Program-made: the position numbers and the translations under genes
From: an uncultured Alphaproteobacteria bacterium
GTDB taxonomy: Bacteria > Pseudomonadota > Alphaproteobacteria > RF32 > CAG-239
Assembly: GCA_949493535.1 (NCBI GenBank)
Contig: CASZWJ010000002.1
Span: 119,165-183,164, forward strand
Reading direction: 5' to 3'
Length of the DNA stretch: 64,000 bases
Shown: one piece after another, positions 57,441 through 64,000 of the stretch
Layout of the letters: every line of letters begins with the position of its first letter
How positions within the stretch are numbered: position 1 is the stretch's first letter
The notes under the pieces: model-generated
Told to the model about the DNA's origin: nothing
The model's database searches: none
The model's input: only the letters and a program-made list of their open reading frames with translations

Positions 57441-59131
57441 TATTTTGAGCTTCCATATTTATCTTTTAATTCGGCAATGCGTTCCGGAGTAATACGTTCA
57501 AATAATGTTTCGCCAACGGTGAATTTTGTACCCGGTTGCAAAGCCTTAATTTCTTCTTGAACATTAAAGTTTTCAATTGATTTGACATCTTTCAGGCTTA
57601 ACCCTACGAGATTTAACATCTCCTCAGAGATTTTCGGCATAATCGGAGCACTTAAAATTGCAAAGATGCGAATCAGATTAATGCAGGTGCGCAAAATTGC
57701 AGCGGCGCGTTCAGGATTTTCTTTAATGACAGTCCACGGTTCCGCTGTTGAAATATAGTTGTTGCCTTCGACCCAGATTGCGCGCAATTCGTTTAATGCC
57801 TTGCGGAATTCCAGTTCTTTCATATATTTGAAATAGTCATTTACGCGTTCCTGCAAAACCTTAACCAAAGCCTCTTCCATTTCCGTATCTTCGCCTCCGG
57901 CCGGGACTTCTTCGCCGATTTTGGAAGCCGTCATTTTTAAAACGCGGGACACAAAGTTACCCAAAACGCCGTTTAAGTCTTTGTTGACAACAGAAGCGAA
58001 CAAATCAAAGCTGAAAGATGAATCAGAACCTTCCGGTGCGTTTGACATTAACCAATAGCGCCAGTAGTCAGCCGGATATTCGGTGACGGCATCTTCGGCA
58101 AAAATGCCGCGTTTTTCCGATTTTGAAAACTTGCCGCCTTCATAAGTCAGATAACTCATGCCTTTCAAGTTATCAACAAATGTCCAGCCCTCGTCTGTTC
58201 CCAGCAATGTTGCAGGAAAAGAAATCGAGTGAAAAGGAACATTGTCTTTGCCCATAAACTGAACATAGTTGACATCTTTGGCGTCGAGCCACCAGTCTTT
58301 CCAGCTTTTGCCGCTAGCATCAGCCCATTGTTTGGTGATGCCGATATAGCCGATCGGCGCATCAAACCAAACGTAAAACACTTTATCTTCAAAGCCGGGT
58401 TTGTTTACCGGAAAACCCCATTTCAAATCGCGGGTAATGCAGCGTTCCTGCAAGCCTTCTTTGAGCCATTTCTGCGCAATGGAATAGGCAACGTCAGGCC
58501 AGAACGGTTCTCTTGATTTGACCCATTCGTCCAAGCGTTTTTCAAGCATGGGCAATTTTAAGAACAGGTGTTTTGTTTCCCTGACTTCAAGGTTTGTTGA
58601 ACCGGAAATTGTTGAGCGCGGGTTAATCAAATCTGTCGGTTCCAAAACCTTTGTGCAGTTTTCGCATTGGTCGCCGCGGGCTTTGTCATATCCGCAGTGC
58701 GGACAAGTGCCGGTGATGTAGCGGTCCGGCAGAAAGCGCTCATCGTCAACGGAATAAACCTGTTTAATCGTCCGTTCTTCGATATAGCCGTTTTTATCCA
58801 ATTGTTCAAAAATATGATAAGTCATTTCCTTGTTGGCTTCGCTGCTGGTGCGTCCGAAACAGTCAAAAGAAAGTTCAAAATCATCATAAGTCTTTTTGTG
58901 GCGCTCGTGATATTTGTTGCAGTATTCTTCAACCGGCATACCTTCCTTGGCTGCGCCGACTTCAGAGGGCGTGCCGTGTTCATCGGTTCCGGCAATGTAT
59001 AAAACTTCGTTGCCCATCATTCGCATGAACCGTGCATAAACATCTGAGGGCAGCAGGCAGCCGACCATGTGGCCCAAGTGAGGCACACCGTTGACGTAAG
59101 GCAATGCGGAAGTAATCAAAGTTTTAGACAT
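57440..59131 (-). CDS. metG: methionine--tRNA ligase
   Basis: HLGH (PHLGHMVG) and KFSKS (GGKFSKSEKRG) class I motifs, Zn knuckle CPHCG...CENC. Confidence 0.9.
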   Translation of the reverse strand: MSKTLITSALPYVNGVPHLGHMVGCLLPSDVYARFMRMMGNEVLYIAGTDEHGTPSEVGAAKEGMPVEEYCNKYHERHKKTYDDFELSFDCFGRTSSEANKEMTYHIFEQLDKNGYIEERTIKQVYSVDDERFLPDRYITGTCPHCGYDKARGDQCENCTKVLEPTDLINPRSTISGSTNLEVRETKHLFLKLPMLEKRLDEWVKSREPFWPDVAYSIAQKWLKEGLQERCITRDLKWGFPVNKPGFEDKVFYVWFDAPIGYIGITKQWADASGKSWKDWWLDAKDVNYVQFMGKDNVPFHSISFPATLLGTDEGWTFVDNLKGMSYLTYEGGKFSKSEKRGIFAEDAVTEYPADYWRYWLMSNAPEGSDSSFSFDLFASVVNKDLNGVLGNFVSRVLKMTASKIGEEVPAGGEDTEMEEALVKVLQERVNDYFKYMKELEFRKALNELRAIWVEGNNYISTAEPWTVIKENPERAAAILRTCINLIRIFAILSAPIMPKISEEMLNLVGLSLKDVKSIENFNVQEEIKALQPGTKFTVGETLFERITPERIAELKDKYGSSK

Positions 59132-59204
59132 TACAAAATTCTCCAATTTATTATTTTTGTTGTTTTTAACTTGTCAAGTTTACTACAAAATCAACAAATC
59201 TCAA

Positions 59205-59241
59205 GCAAAAAAAGAGGCTGTTTATTTTCAGACAGCCTCTT
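59205..59241 (-). terminator. rho-independent terminator between adh and metG
   Basis: AGAGGCTG-loop-CAGCCTCT + T7 on minus strand. Confidence 0.55.
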
Positions 59242-59259
59242 TATATTCAGAGCAATTTC

Positions 59260-60420
59260 TCAGTAAATCGCATCGCGGATGACACAAGTCGCATCTTGCC
59301 GTGATAGAGGAACCGGATCCAACGAATAAAGGAAGCCCATTGCTTCAAAAGAATTGGCTGCCAAGTTTTCGGCCTCGTCTTTCTTTTTTCCCCATTCAGA
59401 CAAGCGCAGACCTCCCAAGCCGACTTTTTCGATTAATTCTTTTAAGGCAGAGATAAAGAGTTCCGGTTTGTCTCCGCTTTTGCCCATAGCCCGAGCCATA
59501 TCAATATAGCGTTCCTTAACTTTTTTGCGGTCTTTTTTCAAAAGATAGCTGTAATATGGAACCGAAAGCGCGACTAATCCGGCCCCGTGCGGCAACTCAG
59601 GATAAAAAGCGGACAAAGCATGCTCCATGGAATGTTCCGAGATGCAGCTGGAAATACTTTCAACCATTCCGGCCTGAGTACTGGCCCAAGCCATTTGTTC
59701 GCGTGCCTGCAGATTATTGCCGTCGGCAACGGCTTGCGGCAGATATTCGTTAATCAGGCGGATTGAATCCAAGGCATATAAATCACTGACAGGCTGGGCA
59801 ACATTTGCCAGATAGCCTTCGACCGAATGGAAAAAGGCATCCATCCCCTGATAAGCCGTCAGGCGCGTTGGCACCGAGACCATTAATTCAGGGTCTATTA
59901 TTGATAAGAACGGGAAAGTTTCCGGAATGCCAAAGCCGACTTTTTCATTGGTTTCACTGTTGGTAATGACTGTCCACGGATCTGATTCCGTTCCTGTTCC
60001 GGCCGTCGTCGGAATGGCTATTATCGGCAGTACGTTTTCGCTTAATTGGCGTTCTCCTTTGACATATTCCCAATAACTTCCCGGATTGCGCGCCATTACA
60101 GCGACAGACTTGGCTGAATCTATTGCCGAACCGCCGCCTAACCCGATGATGAAATCGCAGTTTTCATTGCGGACGAGTTCGGCTGCCTCCATGACATGTT
60201 CTTCAACGGGATTGGGCAAAACCTTGTCAAAGACAACAGCTTCAATTCCTTGCTTTTTCAGGCAGTTTTCAACTCGTGCCAAATAGCCCAGGCTGCGCAT
60301 TGAACGCCCGTTGGTGATTACAATTAAGGCTTTTTTGCCCGGAAGCGGCCGCTTGGCCAGTTCTTCCAGCTTGCCGCGCCCGAAAATAAGGCGCGTCGGC
60401 ATATAATATTCAAAATGCAT
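59260..60420 (-). CDS. iron-containing alcohol dehydrogenase (group III ADH)
   Basis: GGGSAIDSAK NAD motif, metal-binding His cluster (HSMEHALSAFYPELPHGAG). Confidence 0.85.
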   Translation of the reverse strand: MHFEYYMPTRLIFGRGKLEELAKRPLPGKKALIVITNGRSMRSLGYLARVENCLKKQGIEAVVFDKVLPNPVEEHVMEAAELVRNENCDFIIGLGGGSAIDSAKSVAVMARNPGSYWEYVKGERQLSENVLPIIAIPTTAGTGTESDPWTVITNSETNEKVGFGIPETFPFLSIIDPELMVSVPTRLTAYQGMDAFFHSVEGYLANVAQPVSDLYALDSIRLINEYLPQAVADGNNLQAREQMAWASTQAGMVESISSCISEHSMEHALSAFYPELPHGAGLVALSVPYYSYLLKKDRKKVKERYIDMARAMGKSGDKPELFISALKELIEKVGLGGLRLSEWGKKKDEAENLAANSFEAMGFLYSLDPVPLSRQDATCVIRDAIY

Positions 60421-60477
60421 GATATTTTCTCCTGTTATGATAAACTGATAGTCTAGAAAAAATATAAGAATGAAAGT

Positions 60478-61110
60478 CTATTTATCAAGCAAGGAGACCG
60501 CCTTTTCCAAAGCGGCAATATCATTATCAAACAAAAGCGGCTGAATTTTTGCAAATTGTTTTTCAGGCAAATTATAGATGCCCAACCGCAATAATCACAG
60601 GATAATATCTTCAGAAAAACGCTTTTTTATTTCTTTGGCCGGATTACCGGCAACAAGCGTGTAAGGCGGAACGTTTTTGGTGACAATGCTGCCGGCGGCA
60701 ATAACCGCGCCCTCGCCTATTTTTATGCCGGGCATTATCATAGCGCGCATACCAATCCATACGCCGTCTTCAATAGCTGTATCGCCCTTGCCCTGATAGC
60801 ATTCTTTTAACTTTTCATATGCAGGATAAGAGGAAAACCAATCCATACGGTGCGTATTGTTTCCACCAAGCAAAATAACGGCTTCCGCGCCGATGCAGAC
60901 ATAGTCGCCGATATAAAGCTTGTCTATCGGCCATTGCGGTTCCTAGTTTTTTAGGCTGTGTTCGTCGCCATAAAGATAACGGACGCAACAATCTTCAAAA
61001 TCCGTACTTCAAGCGTTACTGTAATAGCTATGCCTGCCTTTGATTATAATATTAGGATTCTTTACCGTTTCTGCCAGATTTTGAACCTGCGACCACTTTA
61101 TTTCAGCCAT
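60478..61110 (-). pseudogene. xenobiotic (Vat/CatB-family, streptogramin A/chloramphenicol-type) hexapeptide acetyltransferase interrupted by three in-frame stop codons
   Basis: single reading frame MAEIKWSQVQNLAETVKNPNIIIKGRHSYYSNA*STDFEDCCVRYLYGDEHSLKN*EPQWPIDKLYIGDYVCIGAEAVILLGGNNTHRMDWFSSYPAY...GNPAKEIKKRFSEDIIL*LLRLGIYNLPEKQFAKIQPLLFDNDIAALEKAVSLLDK*; stops TGA (61009-61011), TAG (60943-60945), TGA (60592-60594); no frameshift; start overlaps the DHH gene stop (TAATG). Confidence 0.7.
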
Positions 61111-61973
61111 TATTCCGTTTTGATGCCTTTTAGTAAAAATTCAGGAAGTTTTTTCAAAGAAGATGCGCCGGATGCTTTCTGGTGTCCGCCGCCGCCAAAC
61201 GTTGCGGCAATTTTTGAAACGTCCACATCATCTTTTTCGGTATAAAAAGAAAGGTTCCAAAAGTTTTTCTTATTCATATAGAAATTTATCATAACATCAT
61301 ATTTTTCTCTTTCCGGCAGAGAATCAAAAAATTCGGAATATCCTTGCGGCATGTTGGCGCAAATACATTTATAGCCCATATAGCTGCTTTCAAAAGCCAA
61401 AGCGCGTACCATGCGATAATTGCGTGCCTTAATCCAAGATAAGATGGCCTTGCCTTTTTCAACCGTTGCCTTGATGTCGACTTCATTATTTATCAGGCGT
61501 TTCCAAATTTCGTCCTGCGGACGGTTAATCCCCTGAGACTGAATGGCATATTCAAAAGGGCGAACCCTTTTGTCTTCAAGCATGAACAGGTCGTTTAAGC
61601 CGATTAATTTAATACCTTCCGGCATTTCTTTGTCCGGATAAAAATATTCCCAGGTCAGGCATATTGCCGCAGTGCCGACGCGGCGCAGGCCTTTGATTTC
61701 AGGTTTGTCGTTTTTAATTGCCTCGTCATATTCTTTAATAACGGACAAATGATGGTCTATCCAAATAAAGTCTTTGGTCTGGCTCAGTTCAAACATAAAA
61801 TCCAACGGCAAGGCAATATCGCAGACCACGATTTTGTCATGTTGGCGAATTTCATCATAAGGAATCTCCATATCATGGTTTAACCCCATTAAGACTGTTT
61901 CAGGGTATAAACTTCTGACGATAGCGGCGGAGCCTTTGCCGTCATGGTCGGCGATATGGTAAATTGTTAGCAT
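61110..61973 (-). CDS. DHH/DHHA1-family phosphoesterase (NrnA-like)
   Basis: motifs HIADHDGKGS, IWIDHH, C-terminal GGGGHQKASG (DHHA1). Confidence 0.75.
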   Translation of the reverse strand: MLTIYHIADHDGKGSAAIVRSLYPETVLMGLNHDMEIPYDEIRQHDKIVVCDIALPLDFMFELSQTKDFIWIDHHLSVIKEYDEAIKNDKPEIKGLRRVGTAAICLTWEYFYPDKEMPEGIKLIGLNDLFMLEDKRVRPFEYAIQSQGINRPQDEIWKRLINNEVDIKATVEKGKAILSWIKARNYRMVRALAFESSYMGYKCICANMPQGYSEFFDSLPEREKYDVMINFYMNKKNFWNLSFYTEKDDVDVSKIAATFGGGGHQKASGASSLKKLPEFLLKGIKTE

Positions 61974-61989
61974 TTCAGTTTCCTTAATT

Positions 61990-62856
61990 TTATAATTCTA
62001 TTTTCATTCCGTCATAAGCCGGCGTTACAAAATCCGGCGTACGGGCGTTGATGTCATCATAATCGCATTCGGTTGCCATATGGTTAATAACTACCTTTTC
62101 CGGATTAATTTTGTTAATAACCTCCATAACCTCGTCAAACCCCGCATGAGACGGCTGTCCGAAAGGTGTCGTCAGCGGCAGTATCAACAGTTTGGGGCGC
62201 TTTTTTATCTGTTTGTAAACAGATGATGCCAAAGTTTTAAAATCGGCAATATGGACAATCTCGCCGTCATTAAAAGCATAGCCACAGGAAGCAACCCTGT
62301 GCCCCAGCAGTTTCAACGGCGTTATTTTAACGCCTTTTACATAAAAAGGCTTATTCGGTTTTATTATGTTGATTTTGAAACTCGGAACAAAAAACGGGTT
62401 TCTTTTTTTAAACGGCGAATCAACCAAATAAGGAAAGCTGCCTTTAATTGTTGTTGCCGTTTCTCTTAACGCATAGCACTCAATGCTCAAAGATCCGATT
62501 TTGTTAAGCCCGTCAAAATTATAGACGCCGTTGTCATATGCCACCTGCCCTTGTTCAATAAAAGCATCGTTTAACCTGATGCGGGTGATTTCGCGCAAAT
62601 CGTCAATGCCGTGCAAATGGTCGGCATGGGCATGTGAATATAATACGGCGTCAATCCGGCAAATATTATTATCTATCAACTGGCTGCGGATATCGGGCGA
62701 CGTATCTATCAGAATTTTCGTATTGTCAATTTCAATAAAAGTTCCGGCGCGCATTCTGCGGTTTTTAGGATTATTCGGATTGCAGTTTCCCCAGCCGCAA
62801 GATAATGACGGCACACCCGGCGCGGCGCCGCTTCCTAAAATGGTAACATGAGACAT
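61990..62856 (-). CDS. MBL-fold metallo-hydrolase
   Basis: HAHADHLHG metal-binding motif; 288 aa. Confidence 0.75.
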   Translation of the reverse strand: MSHVTILGSGAAPGVPSLSCGWGNCNPNNPKNRRMRAGTFIEIDNTKILIDTSPDIRSQLIDNNICRIDAVLYSHAHADHLHGIDDLREITRIRLNDAFIEQGQVAYDNGVYNFDGLNKIGSLSIECYALRETATTIKGSFPYLVDSPFKKRNPFFVPSFKINIIKPNKPFYVKGVKITPLKLLGHRVASCGYAFNDGEIVHIADFKTLASSVYKQIKKRPKLLILPLTTPFGQPSHAGFDEVMEVINKINPEKVVINHMATECDYDDINARTPDFVTPAYDGMKIEL

Positions 62857-63650
62857 TAGTATTCGTACCTCCCCTTGTCGCTGGCCTTTCGGAACAGACG
62901 GAAAAAGTTATCTGAGGTAATTTCAGCAAGCTTTTCTAAGGGAATATCTCTGATTTGCGCCAGTTTTTCGGCCGTATGCAGAACAAATGAAGGTTCGTTG
63001 CGGCGTCCGCGCATAGGCACCGGCGCCAAAAACGGCGCATCGGTTTCAACCAGCAGGCGTTCAAGCGGGATTGTTTCAAAAATGTCGCGCAAATCGCCGG
63101 ATTTGTTAAAAGTGATTATTCCCGATGCCGAGATATAAAAGCCTATAGACAAAGCAAAATCAGCCAAGGCTTTGGATGATGAAAAACAATGGATTTCCCC
63201 TGAAAATTCTTTTTGTTTATAAGCTTCGCCCAATATGTTTATAGTATCTTCATCAGCATCTCTTGTATGAATTATCAGCGGCAGCCCCGTTTCCTGAGCT
63301 GCTTTGATTTGCTCTTTGAAAATGCGGATTTGCGTCTCTCTTGGCGCATAATCGTAGTAATAATCCAGCCCGCATTCGCCGATGCCGACCACTTTTTTAT
63401 GATGGGTTTGCGTAATAATATCTTGCGCCGTAATATGTTCGTATTCAGAAGCATTATGCGGATGAACGCCGACAGCCGTATAAATAAACGGATATTTCTC
63501 TGATAATGCCAGCTGGTTTTCCAGCTCGCCGATATTATTGCCGGCATTTAAAATCGTGGTAACGCCGTTTTCTTTAGCTCTGGCGATTATCTCTTCCAAA
63601 TCTCCTTCAAAATCATCAAAATCAAGGTGACAATGGCTGTCGACTAACAT
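62856..63650 (-). CDS. tatD: TatD-family deoxyribonuclease
   Basis: MLVDSHCHLD N-terminus, conserved His/Glu/Asp (GVHPH, ETDAPFL) of the TatD fold; stop overlaps MBL gene start. Confidence 0.9.
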   Translation of the reverse strand: MLVDSHCHLDFDDFEGDLEEIIARAKENGVTTILNAGNNIGELENQLALSEKYPFIYTAVGVHPHNASEYEHITAQDIITQTHHKKVVGIGECGLDYYYDYAPRETQIRIFKEQIKAAQETGLPLIIHTRDADEDTINILGEAYKQKEFSGEIHCFSSSKALADFALSIGFYISASGIITFNKSGDLRDIFETIPLERLLVETDAPFLAPVPMRGRRNEPSFVLHTAEKLAQIRDIPLEKLAEITSDNFFRLFRKASDKGRYEY

Positions 63651-63651
63651 T

Positions 63652-64000
63652 TTATATCCTTTTGCACAAATTAACGATTATATTCATTAAAGCCTGTTTT
63701 TTATCCAAATTCAAGCCGGAAGTTTCGCTGAATATTTTAACGGCTTCTTCCCATGATTTGGCGAATTCTTCCATGTTTTGGGTTTGGCGTATGTTTTCGG
63801 CAATGAACTTCAATATAAGTTCTTTTGTCAGTTCATAGCTCTCATCATCCGATGCGCCGGCATTGCAAAAATCCAAAACGTCATTTATGGAAAATTTGTC
63901 TTTGGCATAAATAATTTTTGATAATTTCTCATAGACGCTCAACGCATCATTATCTGCATACATAATCGCTTTGCCGATACTGCCCGAAGATAATCCCGCA
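63652..64000 (-). CDS. holB: probable DNA polymerase III delta-prime subunit C-terminal region (5' part beyond window)
   Basis: ORF continues in frame past the window end; conserved holB-tatD gene order; the visible domain itself is weakly diagnostic. Confidence 0.4.
   Translation of the reverse strand, partial: AGLSSGSIGKAIMYADNDALSVYEKLSKIIYAKDKFSINDVLDFCNAGASDDESYELTKELILKFIAENIRQTQNMEEFAKSWEEAVKIFSETSGLNLDKKQALMNIIVNLCKRI

Noticed and set aside
60592-61011. TGA/TAG read as sense codons (selenocysteine or a reassigned code) in the Vat-like gene
   Set aside because: TGA and TAG terminate neighbouring well-conserved genes (yejE, small ORF 12567, CoA-transferase A). No SECIS-like hairpin is evident after the TGAs. 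Three different positions would need recoding.
1-64000. CRISPR arrays, transposases, integrases, phage structural genes, toxin-antitoxin pairs
   Set aside because: No regularly spaced repeat-spacer array was seen. No ORF showed DDE, tyrosine or serine recombinase motifs. The only mobile-element signature is the att-like repeat at tRNA-Lys.

Overview
This is a 64-kb chromosomal segment from a low-GC bacterium. The bacterium is diderm: it has an outer-membrane beta-barrel, MlaD, AsmA-like and DsbD proteins. It is probably an anaerobe: it has Rnf, HydG, an Fe-ADH and CoA-transferases. Shine-Dalgarno sites are clear. Coding density is high, and stop-to-start overlaps show several operons. I found no transposase, integrase, CRISPR array or phage genes.

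Core housekeeping genes are present:
- lon, then hupB, then tRNA-Val
- rpsD and metG
- a holB(partial)-tatD-MBL-DHH operon
- TldD/PmbA and MtnN
- CobB-type sirtuin, TrkH and a family-4 UDG
- a complete Rnf complex with upstream RseC and ApbE; the transcription order is apbE-rseC-rnfBCDGEA
- CtfAB-type CoA-transferase
- HydG with a TM1266-like small regulator

Accessory-looking content is also present:
- an ECF sigma module
- a conspicuously AT-rich TPR membrane protein gene
- a cluster of nucleotide house-cleaning hydrolases: MazG-like, histidine phosphatase, two tandem HAD-like paralogs with a deviant motif I, an HD 5'-nucleotidase, two tandem Nudix paralogs, and a GNAT
- YejEF-type ABC components without YejAB
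- a GldA/F/G-like ABC-2 system with a DUF4340 protein
- tandem MlaD paralogs

The most unusual things sit in non-coding DNA or decayed genes:
1. At tRNA-Lys, the last 17 nt of the tRNA plus its terminator are duplicated about 265 bp away. The copies flank a 211-bp tRNA-derived segment, which looks like an att-like scar of an integrative element. A weaker version of the same pattern lies downstream of tRNA-Val.
2. The 780-bp intergenic island after yejF contains a 16-mer three times, a long-loop hairpin, a Cys-rich micro-ORF and two small membrane-protein genes.
3. A Vat/CatB-family xenobiotic acetyltransferase gene at the end of the tatD operon carries three in-frame stop codons. It has no frameshift, and every stop is reachable from a Trp codon by G-to-A transitions.

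Every annotation here comes from reading the translations and sequence motifs. I ran no database search.
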